Source of the DNA: Octopus sinensis
Taxonomy: Eukaryota
Assembly (NCBI RefSeq): GCF_006345805.1
Contig: NC_043000.1
Location: forward strand, 95,170,001 to 95,234,000
DNA: 64,000 nt
Reading direction: 5' to 3'
The first letter of the stretch is position 1. Each line of letters opens with the position of its first letter. The notes beneath the pieces were generated by a model. It did not search any database and was not told the origin of the DNA. It saw only the letters and a list, made by a program, of their open reading frames with translations. Below are positions 1 to 13,327 of this stretch, in pieces. A program made the translations under genes and the position numbers.

Positions 1-207
1 ATGTGAAATAGAAAGATGAATAATCTTGTAGCAGATTAATCAAAAGCTTAACCGATACCTTGGTAGCAAAAATCACAGCAGAAGACAGCACGGTTGGAGG
101 TACAACCATATGGTGTTGCAACCGTGCGTTGGTGCGGATAATTGAATTTTAATATTATTGGTGAATTGAAGAAATGGAGCTGAACGAAGATTGAACAGAA
201 ATCGTTT

Positions 208-300
208 TATTTCATTCTACACGTGTTTCGAAAGGCACAATTTACCAAAATCCGATTGAATAATGAGACCATATTGTGTCTTTCTCTTCAGGAAGAAATA
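208..300 (-). ncRNA. Type I hammerhead ribozyme motif, identical inverted copy
   Basis: Reverse complement of 366-458. Confidence 0.88.
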
Positions 301-365
301 AGGAGCCTAGTTCGATTTGTTTTGCTCCGCCTCTGTTCTGTTTTTGTTTTTTCCAACGGATTTCC

Positions 366-458
366 TATTTCTTCCTGAAGAGAAAGACACAATATGGTCT
401 CATTATTCAATCGGATTTTGGTAAATTGTGCCTTTCGAAACACGTGTAGAATGAAATA
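366..458 (+). ncRNA. Type I hammerhead ribozyme motif, canonical core
   Basis: Stem I TATTTC-TTC (366-374) pairs with GAA-t-GAAATA (449-458). Core CTGAAGA (375-381). Stem II GAAAGACACAAT (382-393) / ATTGTGCCTTTC (425-436), 11 of 12 pairs. GAAA (437-440), stem III AC-ACGT-GT, predicted cleavage after GTA (A448). Confidence 0.88.
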
Positions 459-504
459 AAACGATTTCTGTTCAATCTTCGTTCAGCTCCATTTCTTCAA
501 TTCA

Positions 505-509
<5 letters not shown>

Positions 510-559
<50 letters not shown>

Positions 560-583
560 TATATATATTATATATATATAATA

Positions 584-614
<31 letters not shown>

Positions 615-625
615 GTATATATATA

Positions 626-669
<44 letters not shown>

Positions 670-741
670 TATATATATGAATACATATATATATATTTTT
701 ATATATATGTTTATATATATATTTTTATATATATGTTTACA

Positions 742-806
<65 letters not shown>

Positions 807-838
807 ATATATATGTATATCCGTACACATAATATTGA

Positions 839-870
<32 letters not shown>
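510..870. repeat. (TA)n microsatellite tract
   Basis: Seen directly; source of the YI-repeat ORFs. Confidence 0.97.
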
Positions 871-876
<6 letters not shown>

Positions 877-993
877 GTGTGTGTGGTGTGTGTATGTACA
901 CATTTATATAGAGAGAGATATACATTATACATTTAGGCACCCACTCATATAAATATATATGTATTTATATATATGTAACTTCAGAGGCAGACA

Positions 994-1027
<34 letters not shown>

Positions 1028-1070
1028 GGCAGGCAGGCGGATGGACAAACAGACAGACAGGGACGCACGC

Positions 1071-1073
<3 letters not shown>

Positions 1074-1153
<80 letters not shown>
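1074..1153. repeat. (GATA)n microsatellite
   Basis: Seen directly. Confidence 0.97.
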
Positions 1154-1154
<1 letters not shown>

Positions 1155-1569
1155 GTTCTCTGCATTTACCAGGTGGCTATAAAAAAGGTTGTCTTAAACA
1201 GTATTTTATATATTCCACATGATTTAATTAAGGGAACTTACCTTCCTTGCGTGATATTAAAGATAGCTAAAGGGAATTTTTCTTGACCTATTTTTATAAT
1301 AGATGTTTGATACAGACCCATATATAAAAACTTTAAATATATATTCCTAATATATATAACATATTTTTGAATGTGTATATATGCATATGTATGCCATTAT
1401 TCAGTTTTATTTCAAGATTTCTAGCCAATAGAAAAAGAGCCGGTTTCTAACCTAAATTCAAAGCTCCTTCATTGGAATTTCAACATCAACAACAGGGTAT
1501 TTTTGTTTGTTTGTATGTATGTACATATTATATATGTAAGTATATATGTATGTGTGTATGTATGTATAT

Positions 1570-2297
1570 GTGCAGATTTCTATGTTTTGCTTTATGCATG
1601 TATTCTCATGCATATATTTGCATATCTAGACATGCTCATACATATTTTATTGATAAACATCTGGAAAGTTTTACCGGTTTTTATATTTCCAGTGATGGAA
1701 TGGATCTGTAGTCTTCGAGTTAGCTTTCTCCTTTCTGGTTTTGAGAAGCCTAACTTCTCAAGATTGGTATTTAGGCAGTGTGTTACGTAACTCATGGCCC
1801 CAGTAATTACATGTATAAACCTGAACTTGTAATCTGGATAGAATAACTTCTCTTTCATACTGATCTTCTGCTTTATGTTAACATCCGCTGGGCAACTAAT
1901 TTCCACAACTGTACACCGTTTCTCTTCTCTATACCAAATCATTATATCAGGTCTGTTGTGCTTGCATTTTATTCAGGCTTCACTGGGACATTCCATCAAT
2001 ACTCCTTTTTATTATGGGTGGCTATGCCTTCTACCAAACTGTGGGTTCTTATTTCTTTATCCTTAGATTTATCCTTCCGAGGCATTTCATGATAGAGTGT
2101 CCTAGCTATGTCTCAAATGTAGATAATACCTGATGACATTTTCGGACAACTGCTTATGATAAGGGTGACATCTTCGGTGTTAACTCCACAAAGTCTGCAT
2201 CGGATATCACATTTTACTGCTTTTCCTGCATCTCTATCCCTTTTGTGCATCAGGTACTTGGTTGATATATCCTGTTCTTGGATTGTAAACGCATACC
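1570..2297 (-). mobile_element. 5'-truncated R4/Dong-like non-LTR retrotransposon 3' end (restriction-like endonuclease)
   Basis: CRLCGVNTEDVTLIISSCP (CCHC knuckle), then RPD-IMIWYREEKRCTVVEISCP and KEK (PD-(D/E)xK-type motifs). Highly similar to 43670-44770. The 3' end runs into a CATA-type repeat. Confidence 0.85.
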
Positions 2298-2328
2298 TTA
2301 TATATATATGTGTGCATACATACATACA

Positions 2329-2384
<56 letters not shown>

Positions 2385-2819
2385 GGTATATTCTGTTAAG
2401 AACATAGTACAGTTCAGTATAAAGCTCGTCCACCTTCAGATTTCAGGCTTTGCTATCCAGTAGTAGTATTATACTTACTTCCAGGTTTGCGTTTGAGCGT
2501 CTTTTGTGTGTGTATAAATAATTGAAAAAAATTACAGTCAGCAAGAAGGAGTACGGTTGGACATTATTTTCAGCTACTACAATTATTTCTATGCAATATA
2601 GTTCTCCAGGTGTGCAGGGGATTACTAATGCAACCGTATCCTTACATTATGAGATCCAATTGTGTTTCATCATGCAATGCGTATATATTGCCTCCGTAAA
2701 TTCAAATTCTCGGCTTCAAGAGCATCCCCTCTGTCTGTCGTGGCCTGAAGTTAGTAGTGGCCATTGAGTTTATCAAGATGTGTTGTTGCTGAAGGACCGT
2801 CAGCTTTCGTTTAACCTTT

Positions 2820-2898
2820 ACATACATACATACATACATAATACATACATACATACATACATACATACATACATACATACATACATACATACATACAT
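2820..2898. repeat. (CATA)n microsatellite
   Basis: Seen directly. Confidence 0.95.
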
Positions 2899-3739
2899 AA
2901 ACACGCATTTTGTTTATTGAAAGTAAAATTATTTCTCACGATTCGAGTTTTATGTCAGTGCAATCTTCAGGCAAGAACTGTTGCAACTACTGATTTTTTT
3001 GCACATTGAGCCAATAAACCGGAATTAATCTTGCGTGTTTGTGCGTATGTGTGCGTGTGCGTGCGTGTATGCGTGTGAGTGTGTGTGAGAGAGAGAAAGA
3101 GAGACTGTTGGAATAATAATGGAAGAAAAATTATTGAATTTTCCTCTAAACGCCTGTATTTATGTTTCTGTATATAAAATATAATCTTTTAAAAATTTAA
3201 ACCATCAAACACTCGTTAATGTCCATACATTCTTGTGCTTTCCTCACGTAATCTAATACGCTTTATGCCTCTAAGCTACAAAGAAATAACTATTTGTTGA
3301 AATTACAATATAAATCAATTTTTATACACTTAGTAACAAATTTCGTTTTCGATTTTAAAATTTCGACAAGCGTATGTTAGTGAGATACGGTTATTTTTAA
3401 TGATTACAAATACCCTTCATAAGAATACTAACATCTTTCTCAATACGTGTGTGTGTATGTGTCATGTGTGTGCGTGAATATATGCGCGCGTGCGTGTGCG
3501 TCTATGTGTGGGTTTGTCTGTCTGTCAGTGTGCATGTGTCTGTGTGTGTGCGCGTCTGTCTGTGTATGCACGTGTATGTGTATGTCTGTCTTTGCCTGTC
3601 TGTCTGTCTGTGTGTATGTCAGTCTGTTTGTTTGTCTGGTTGTCTGTTTAGTCTGGCTGTTTGTCTGTATGTCTGTATGTCTGTCTGTTTGTCTGTCTGT
3701 CTGTGCGTGTGTGTGCTCGGGCAATGGAATGATAGAATC

Positions 3740-4700
3740 GAATAGCCCTACACTCACTGCGTTGGCGAAAATACTTTCCGTTATTTCTTCTATTCTGAGC
3801 TCAAATGTTGAGGAGGTCAACTTTGTCTTTTATCAAATACAGAGGCTTGCGTAAATGGCTCGTACTTCCTCTTAGAATTGCTGGTTTTGTGCAATTTCTG
3901 CCTTACGTCTTCAGGAAGAACTATTCTCTTGAGGTCTTCTACTCGCTTGAAAGGCCATTTCTATGCCATATCTCCAATAGTTCACCTTTTTCGTTCTTGT
4001 GGCCTTGAGAATGTTGGCCTCCTCTTCCATATTGTACATGATGGCTGCCATCAACCATGTTTGTTTTATTTCTGGCAGCACTTTGCCAACTCTTACTCTG
4101 GCAACACGTTTGCCACTGTAGACGGCAAAAGCACCCATTCCTCTGTAATAATGCATTCCATGGAGTGCTTCATCGCTTCATCCTCCGTCGCGAAACGCAC
4201 CTCCACTGTGCCATACTTTCTTCCTCTGGTAATGAATGTTGTCAACCTCTTTATTTTCTTCAAGTATTCCTTAATAGCCTCGATTGTTGCTATTTCGATC
4301 CTTCTGTTTGCTACCTTCAGTGTATTATAAACTATTGTCCTTCTGGTTATATTACTTGTGAGGTCTGCAGGCGGCGTTAGTCTCAGTGTGTTTCCTTCCT
4401 TTTTCAGCAATTTGTCGCATTCCTTCATTTTCTTAGGTTCGACTTTAACTTCATGTACCTCCAGCACTTCAACCTTCACTCTGTTACCAGTTGCAGCCGG
4501 ATAGCTTCTGGCCTCCTGTTGGCGCCTTCTCCATTTTCCCTCAATGGGAAAAAAACAACATTTCAATAATACCAATAATCAGCAATTTCAACAGCAACAA
4601 TCAATAATCTTGGGTACACCCACGAGGGGAGACCTTCAACAAATATTCAACAAAGTGACACACATCTAACAAATAACACGACAAAATCAACTCCGATACG
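3740..4700 (-). mobile_element. Decayed non-LTR retrotransposon ORF1-like (gag-like) fragment
   Basis: ORF 4093-4575 (RGRKYGTVEVRFATEDEA, RRM-like) frameshifts into ORF 3911-4156. A possible eroded zinc knuckle (GSTSHLRK) lies near 3860-3890. Family assignment by recognition only. Confidence 0.45.
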
Positions 4701-4711
4701 AATATCCCAAA

Positions 4712-6925
4712 CCGCCTGTTATGTACTCCTGTACTTCACGTACTTCTCTTTACCTATAGTGACTAGGTTATTCTATTCATCACGTGGGATGGGTGTACCA
4801 TTATTACTGATTCCCTACAACATCTCCCCTTCAACGATTTTTTAAGAAGTGTCATTATATTTAGCAATAATTTTTTTATTCACCCCCACCTCCCGTTTTT
4901 GAGGGGTTTTTTCGCACACTTTAATATTTTTTGCGCTTGATATCAATTTTCAGAAACTTTGTATGTTTTCTTTTCCTCTCACTTGTACGTCTGGGTTGAA
5001 TCACCTGCAATAGCGTTGGTACTTAGAGTATATCATGCAACCATTCCCTCGGTTTCTCCAACTTCTTTGGTTCACTTTCCACGAATCTTTTTTTCACTTG
5101 ATTTTGTGTCTCTTTTGTATGCCTTTTCTACTTTACACCCAATACATCGTTTTAATTATGCCTTTTGTAAGTATGCCATCTTCCCAACTTTCCATTTTTG
5201 TATGCCCTCATATACACCTTTTCACCAACTTCAAAGAATCTTGCTATGTCTTCCATGGCACTTTTTCTTGCTAGCTAGCAATCTATCAAAGACTAATTTT
5301 ACTTCCTTTGCAAACTTGCTGAGGCATTCGGATTCGTTATCACACGGTACACTCTTAAAAATTGCTGTAGAGCTACTTCATCCGTGATTTCCTTATTCAA
5401 TTTTTTAAGGGCTCTTTTGAAGGTGTCGATAAAGCGTTCTGCCTGTCCATTAGATCTGAGATGGTATGGTGCCGTAGTTATATATTCTACCGCGAACATT
5501 TCACAATTTTTTTTTTAATATACTAGACATAAATTGCGTTCCAATGTTAGACACTATTTTGTCTGGGATGCCACATCTTGCAAGCAATCCGTGTAAAAAA
5601 TTTATTACAGTTGAAGACGCTGGATTTTACAATTACAAATTTCAGGCCAATTCGTACAAACTATCAACTACCACTAAGTAGTAAGAACCATTTAAATGAC
5701 CAGAGAAATCAATGTGTAGTCTCGACCACGGAGATCTACTTTTGAACAATGTTTACTTTTTATCGTAGATAATTTTTCATTTTGTTTTGGCTTACATACA
5801 GGTGTTCCACTCAGTTTTACTGCAATTTTTTGTTTCAGTCCGTCAGCCGCATTCGAACCTTCGACTAAACCTACAACATTTCCACACAAAACACTTATTC
5901 CACAACTTTAATAGTTCCATCCACTCTGTGCCGAATAAATTAAGTGAACTTTTTAACACATATATTTTTGCTTTTTCGTTTGACCTCGAAATATTACATT
6001 ACATACGAAAAAATATCTTTTTCCCCGTAACACTATGTCCTACCTTTTTCAATTTAGTTAATATCGGCGTACCGACATATTTCCCCGTTTTCCCGTTTAT
6101 AATGTTGATATCACTACCAGTGTCCAAATACATTTTAACACTTGTAAGCTGATTTTCAACTTCACGAATTTCTTCATCGTTATATTACCAATTTCTTCCA
6201 ATGGCATACTATTCTTTTTCCTTTGTTCTGACATTTTGTCATCTTCGTACTAAGTGCGTCTTTATATGCCCTATATTTCCACAACGAAAATATTCCGATT
6301 TTTTTAGTGGACAATTTTTCCCCGGGTGCATACCTCCACATGCAAAACATGGGTTCATTTCTTAATTTTTGTCGTGTTTTTTAGAAAACATTTTATCTCT
6401 GTTCTGATTGTTTCGCACTTGCTTTACTTGGAAATAATCTTTACTTTCAATTTCTTCTGTGTCGTGTCTTAATTTGGCTATCTTTTCACATTCTTCTGAC
6501 ACTTGTTGTAGGCTTACATCTTGGTTTTGTTCCAACTTAGGGAGAATTCTAGTTCTTACTTGTGTCGTTTTCAAACAGGTAATCCATGTGTAAAAATCAG
6601 GCATTTAAACATATCTGGCGTTAATTCACACAAGAAAACTTTGTGAGTTTGTTAATTCCTCGTTTGTTAATTCATCGTGATTTGTTAAAATCCTCCTTGA
6701 GTTTGTTAAGTCCTCATCAGTTATTAAAATCCTCGTCGCCACTGTTATAATCCTTAAAATGTTGGATTGTTATAACATCCACTTCTGTATACAATATACT
6801 TAGTAAAACCAGTAGAAATGCAACTATCTCTGACCGCCTACTACGTACTCTTTACTTGTAGTGACTAGGTTATTCCATTCGTCATGTGGGAGTGGTGTTT
6901 CCATTATTACTAATTCCCTACAACA
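4712..6925 (-). mobile_element. Ty3/Gypsy (Mag/K02A2.6-like) LTR retrotransposon, internally deleted
   Basis: 5' LTR 6925-6743 (TGTTGTA...TATAACA). PBS 6741-6729 complementary to the 3' end ATCCTCGTCGCCA, as in tRNA-Ser(GCT). gag knuckle CFACGGMH..CP, protease YLDTGSDINII, integrase PWSRLHIDF...SNGQAERFIDTFK. PPT GAAGGGGAGA (4832-4823), then a partial 3' LTR from 4822. No RT/RNase H is seen between protease and integrase. Confidence 0.9.
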
Positions 6926-7589
6926 CGGGGACCGTTGAGTCGCTCTTTAATTACCATTACTCCGAGATTCGTTCTGACACAGAACGGTTGTACGCACAGG
7001 GTTCCATCTATATGTTAAATAGATTTCCCAGAGGAAAGGAAGATTTATCAGAGTGCCTTTCATCTTAAAGATGAAAGGTACACTGATATAAAACTTGCAG
7101 TCAAAAAAGTATCATTCATTTAGCGATGCTCGTCACTGGAACTAACTATGGCAACCGAGAAAGTTGCAGCGAAAATGTTATACAAGCTTTTGTCACTTAA
7201 ATCCAACGATGTAGAAATGACTCAACAAAATTTCTGAATGTGAGACGGTTATCATCTGACAAGATGAGACAATGATAATATTTATATAAAGTATACATGT
7301 ATATAAATTTACATGTATATAAATTTATACTAGTATGGCTTCATTTTTATTACCATCCTGTTTAGATTACGTTGCAGCTACCGCCTTAAACATGTAAATT
7401 TGAATCACAAACCATAAATTGTATTTTAAAAATACATATGCAAAAATGCGTCTAAAATACGCTTGAAAAATAAAGAATTTATAGAAGAAAAGGAAATACT
7501 AGAAATATATGAAATCATCTTTAAAATGATATGTGAAAATTCGATTTAAAATTGCAATGCCCACATATTTACAAATATATATGCATAAA

Positions 7590-7830
7590 AATAAACAAAA
7601 AACATGCACACATACATACATACATACATACATACTACATACATACATACATACATACATACATACATACATACATACATACATACATGCATATATACAT
7701 ACATACATACATGCATACATACATGCATACCTACCTACATACATACATACATACATGCATACATACATACATACATACATACATACATACATACATACAT
7801 ACATACATACATACATACATACATACATAC
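7590..7830. repeat. (CATA)n microsatellite
   Basis: Seen directly. Confidence 0.96.
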
Positions 7831-8922
7831 AAAGTACAACATGAAGATGCATTCAAGAATCTATTGTTCAGCCAAAAATCTTTCGCTAGGAGGATAACTG
7901 AAGACAATTCAATGCAACTTGACATAATACTTTGTGCAATTAACCAAATACAATAAAACCATTCCTTGAGGTATAGTCCAAAATTTTGTCAAACGAAGAA
8001 AATGAAAGAGAAAATTTTCAATTTGTCTAGACTTATAAACACAGTGGCGACAGTAATATTAACATAGGTCAATCAGACAATGAAACTAGTTAAAATACTT
8101 CTTTTTTATCATAACTATGTAATAACTAAACGGAAATAACATTTTTCATACTTTCAGCACGTTAATATAAACATTTACCAAAAAATATCAGGAAAATAAA
8201 CTACAAGAAATATTTCAGTGAGCATTATTTTAATAGCTAATGTGTACTTCAAGTATAATACACTGATTGCTATTTTAAACTAATGCTGTTTCTGTTGTTA
8301 GTAACGGATATTTATTCAGCCACTGGTCAGTTGGCGTTTCGATGATTTTTTTCGATGGTTTTACTATATCAGTAGTGGTAATCATGTATTTATATACGAG
8401 TGCTGTAGATACTTGCTACTGACGAAGCCCAAAGAGAAAGAAACATATATTTGAGAATGCTACCAACGGTAATGGATGATTTTCGTCAGTTACTGATATA
8501 TATATGATTAAAAGAAGGGTAAAAATACGCTTTTTTTAATCAAATATTTGATATACCTATTAAGGTAGAAGTCTTGCTAACCGCCTCATTATTACTGTTT
8601 TTAACAGCAATAATGCTTTCATGTAGTTACTTTTATATACATGAGGTAATGAGTTCGATTCCCGGACTGGGCTGTGCGTTGTGTTCTTGAGCAAGACGGT
8701 TTGTATAGGTGAAGAGGATTAACTTGGACGGTGTTATGGAAGTTTTAATTACCCGATGGACAGGCCATAAGGATTACAAAAATAGCGATTCTCACTTTAA
8801 AAGTGCCAACTTTGAACGGAACGCCCAGCTCTCTCATGCATGTATGTTTAAAATTTCAGTGCGATCGGGTGAACAATACTCGAGTTATAAGCGCACAAAA
8901 AACCGACAGACAGAACGGGGTT

Positions 8923-9060
<138 letters not shown>

Positions 9061-9174
9061 TATACCTGTGTTTTTAACGTGTTTTAACTTTATACGTTCA
9101 TACGAGATGCTTCCCCAAGAAATATACCATGGTTTAACGGGTTTTAGAGATGTAAGCACTTCACATATAATACA

Positions 9175-9500
9175 CATGGTTCATTGGTTCGAGCGTCGGG
9201 GTCCTGAACATGGGGTAATGAGTTCAATTCCAGGACTGGTCTGTGAGCTGTGTTCTTGAGCAAGACATTTTATTTCACGTCGCTCCAGTTCACTCAACTG
9301 TAGAAATGAGTTGTGACGTCACTGGTACTAAGCTGTATCAGCCTTTGCCTTTTCTTTGAATGGCGTGGAGACGGGAGCTGGTATAAAGGATTACTGTTAG
9401 TCTTCCATAGATAACCTTGCCCCAACTTGTTCCTCAGAGGGTAACTTTCCAGGTGCAATCCCACAGTGGTTCATGACCAAAGAGGGTCTTTACCCTTGAT
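9175..9500 (+). mobile_element. tRNA-derived SINE
   Basis: A-box/B-box-like head (TGGTTCATTGGTT...GAGTTCAATTCC). The body GTGTTCTTGAGCAAGAC... is shared with 8640-8700 and 63260-63520. Confidence 0.7.
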
Positions 9501-9580
9501 AAATAGATAGATAGATAGATACATACATACATACATACATACATACATACATACATACATACATACATACATACATACAT

Positions 9581-10190
9581 TATGGCTGGCCCCTCGTTAT
9601 GTGACATTTTAGCCCAGCTAAAGATCTACAATGTCTTGTACAAAATTGGCAACTGAAACCTTTACTGGTAATAGCCGGCTTTAGTTGTAACTGGGCTTCA
9701 TGTTTGCTTTTTAAGGCTACAGCCAGCCATTCAGTTGAGACTCACAGCACTATAAACAATCATCGTGCAATACTTGTGCAAAAAGATTTTTTTAAAGTGA
9801 GGAAAGGCTGCACAGGTTTTATGTCGGAGTTATCCCAGTTACCTGAGTTACCTTCTCCTAGAAGGATGCCCTAACAAAGGCTAAGAATCCTTCACTCCCA
9901 ATGGTTTAACCGCGCGATCGGGTATTCAGTCCGATTATTTCTATGTCCCCGCGCATGATACAACCTTAAGCCTTAAGGAAAAAAAAAACATTTATTGGAT
10001 GGCCGTTGACTCTCAAGAGTTCCTCCGCCCTTTGACGGGTTTTGTTTTTCATCCCGCAGGGTGTCCAATAAATACCCTCCTCACCAAGCAAGCTAGGTGG
10101 GGTTACCGGTTTAGTCGCCGACGACCCGACCATGCAACAGGTTGTTCTGGGTTACATATTACCAGTAGCACTCGAAAGTGACCTGACATA
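9581..10190 (-). mobile_element. Probable 5' UTR fragment of a non-LTR retrotransposon (RTE/R4-like), between (CATA)n tracts
   Basis: GC-richer block flanked by CATA repeats. The minus strand has GGGCATCCTTCTAGGAGAAGGTAACTC, resembling RTE-type 5' UTR motifs (recognition only). Confidence 0.4.
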
Positions 10191-10497
10191 CATACATACA
10201 TACATCATACATACATACATACATACATACATACATACATACATACATTCATACATACATACATACATACTTACATACATACATACATGCATACATACAT
10301 ACATACATACATACATACATACATACATACATACATACATACATACATACATACATTCATACATACATACATACATACTTACATACATACATACATGCAT
10401 ACATACATACATACATACATACATACATACATACATACATACATACATACATACATACATACATACATACATACATACATACATACATACATACATA
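10190..10497. repeat. (CATA)n microsatellite
   Basis: Seen directly. Confidence 0.96.
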
Positions 10498-10889
10498 GTT
10501 ATACAAACCGTAAAATGTGTTTTCATTTTCTTATTTGTTATATTTTGTTGCATTAATTTACGAATTATTAAAGCACGTAATCTAAGTTAAGAAAGAATCA
10601 TTATATACCTTATATAGAGATAAATATAATATTTTAACAACTATATTTCTGGTTCTGGACCAAAGGGTAACTGTCAATTTCAAATCCATTCTTATTTCTT
10701 TTTTCCTCAGGCCATCCGTTCACATTAGTCATCGGGTCACAAATTTAGCAACTATTTTCAAAATTTGGAATTAGATCCTCTACTTAATACGGATTCGAAG
10801 CGTGGAGGTCTTCAGGACAAGCCATATAACATTTCCTTTGATATTGCCCCTAATCTTATTGCTCAAATTCATATGTTCAAGTGTATATG

Positions 10890-10938
<49 letters not shown>

Positions 10939-10971
10939 GCATGTATGTATGTATGTATGTATGTATGTATA

Positions 10972-11022
<51 letters not shown>

Positions 11023-11131
11023 GTTACAGACCAGTTTTTCTCTATTGGCAAGAAATCTTTAAATAGAATTGAATAACGATACACACACACTCATATATAT
11101 ATATGTATTTATATACATATATGTATATGTA

Positions 11132-11200
<69 letters not shown>

Positions 11201-11517
11201 TATAAATATATATACATACATATATAGATACATGTGTATGGGGGGGTGTAAGAGGTAACGTTTTTTACCATTATTTAAAGGTAAGATCCAGAAACCATGA
11301 TCTACTGGTCTTGCTAAGCTGGAGGAGAGTGATTCGCTCCCTTACTCACAATATATTAGACACAGATTCTGTGTCGTTAACCAGCTGGAAAATACATTTT
11401 CCAGGGGTTAAAATGTAGTATCATAGTTCTTTGTAGAACAGCCATGTTATAGTGGCTACTTATATCTCGTTTAGAGATTTTAGAACTAGCTATTTTTCTA
11501 GTATTATATATATATAT

Positions 11518-11669
11518 GACGGGTTTTTTTCTGTCAACCAGATCCACTCACAAGACTTTGGTCGGCCTGAGACTATACAAGACACTTGCTCTAGGTGCCA
11601 CGCAGTGGAACTGAACCCGGTACCATATGGTTGGTGAGTAAGCTTCTTACCACACACCAAGCCTGCGCC

Positions 11670-11670
<1 letters not shown>
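11518..11670 (-). mobile_element. tRNA-derived SINE (GGTTC(A/C)GTCCCACTGCGTGGCACC family)
   Basis: Similar to copies at 39834-39976 (+), 46769-46932 (-), 47770-47885 (-) and 19385-19530 (-). Confidence 0.8.
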
Positions 11671-11860
<190 letters not shown>

Positions 11861-12520
11861 GTTATGAAAGGTAATGGTGTCAATAAGACCCAAAGGTATC
11901 AGGTAAAGCTAAGTAAGTGCTATGGACGGACCATAGTTAAGCTACATATTTGGTGATTATGGGAATAAGGGGTTTAACGTAGGTCATATATCAGCATGTG
12001 TATATATAAAAAATATTGTTTTTCAGAATGAGATAAAACTCCAAGGCTGTGATGATTTTAGAACATTTATAAATAGAAGGTCTAAAATCTTCACACACAT
12101 GAATTTTTATCTTATTCTTTAAAAAAAATTTTTTATATATATAGATAGATTGATAGATAGATAGACAGACAGATAGATGTATGCATGAAATTTATTTTCA
12201 TATATCATATACATAGCTATATAATATACCTAAATGTATATAATACGGGAATACACAATACATATAAACGTGTATATATATTCATATATTATATACATAT
12301 ATATATATATACACATCAGTATCAATACATGTATGTTTGTATTATATAAATGAGTATTTTTATGTATTTATGCAATGTACATATATCTATTATATATAAA
12401 TCCTTACATATTTATTTACACACATATGCACATATAAATACATTGATAGTTATGGTATATATACATATATATAAATATATATATGTATATATATATATAT
12501 ATATTTAGGTTAGTTGTATT

Positions 12521-12650
12521 ATGTTTGTCACATATTTCAACTGCTAAAGGCAAATATACTTCAGTTACCGTGGAAAAAAAAATCTCTCGTTTTTCTCCAC
12601 GATAACTGCAGTGTTATTTGCCTTTAGCAGTTGAAATGTGTGACAGACAT
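12521..12650. repeat. Fold-back inverted repeat, about 58-bp arms
   Basis: 12521-12578 pairs with 12590-12650 with a few mismatches. Confidence 0.85.
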
Positions 12651-12912
12651 ATTTCAACTTACCTAAATTGCGATTATTCGTGAACACTGCTTAGCTCCAT
12701 TACTTCGATATATATACATACATATATATATATATATATATAAAGATAAACGCGCAAAATTTTCCCTTTATATATACGATATATGGAAGTCCGAAACTCG
12801 ATAAATTTAGTTTTGTTTGGTCAGTAAAAATATGTTGATTCCTATTTAAAGTGCAAGATAGAAATTCCAGGAATTTACTATGTTTAATGCAAGCAAACAA
12901 CAGGAATGAATG

Positions 12913-12970
12913 AATGAATGAAAGAAGAAGAAGAAGAAGAAGAAGAAGAAGAAGAAGAAGAAGAAGAAGA
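12913..12970. repeat. (GAA)n microsatellite
   Basis: Seen directly. Confidence 0.95.
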
Positions 12971-13327
12971 TAAATAGCTTAAATATGTACATATAAAAAA
13001 TATAATATTAATGAAAGTAATTAAAGGGGCGGATAAACAGAGAACAGACAGATGGAGTTTTAAATATTAAACCAAAAAATAGTATTGACGAATAAGCTTC
13101 AAACAGGGTTAAAATCTCGAAAGACCTCACATAAAATCATTGGGACCTATAAGAATTTTATGTTACGTTCCAAATGTCAAAAATACTTTCCGGCCCATTT
13201 AATTGGAGTAAAACCAAAACATACACACACCTACATAGAAGCACATGTACAGAGGCAAATAAACATACTTATGAGTATAAAAATACACACGCACGCCTCC
13301 ACACTTATACCCAAGTATATAACATAT

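Larger units (their letters stand above)
156..510. mobile_element. Fold-back Penelope-like terminal repeat (inverted pLTR pair): 145-bp inverted arms with a 65-bp spacer
   Basis: 156-300 is the reverse complement of 366-510. Each arm contains a hammerhead motif, and the right arm runs directly into (TA)n. Confidence 0.75.

Noticed and set aside
8310-8500. Several CTGANNA/GAAAC fragments suggestive of hammerheads
   Set aside because: Stems II and III or the cleavage triplet could not be formed convincingly. At most highly decayed relics.
10711-10880. Strong acceptor (TTTTTTCCTCAG) followed by AIRSH*SSGHKF...HMFK, suggesting an exon with an editable UAG
   Set aside because: All three frames hit stops soon after the acceptor, the donor is weak and the peptide is unrecognised. 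Rescue by A-to-I editing is unsupported without RNA data.
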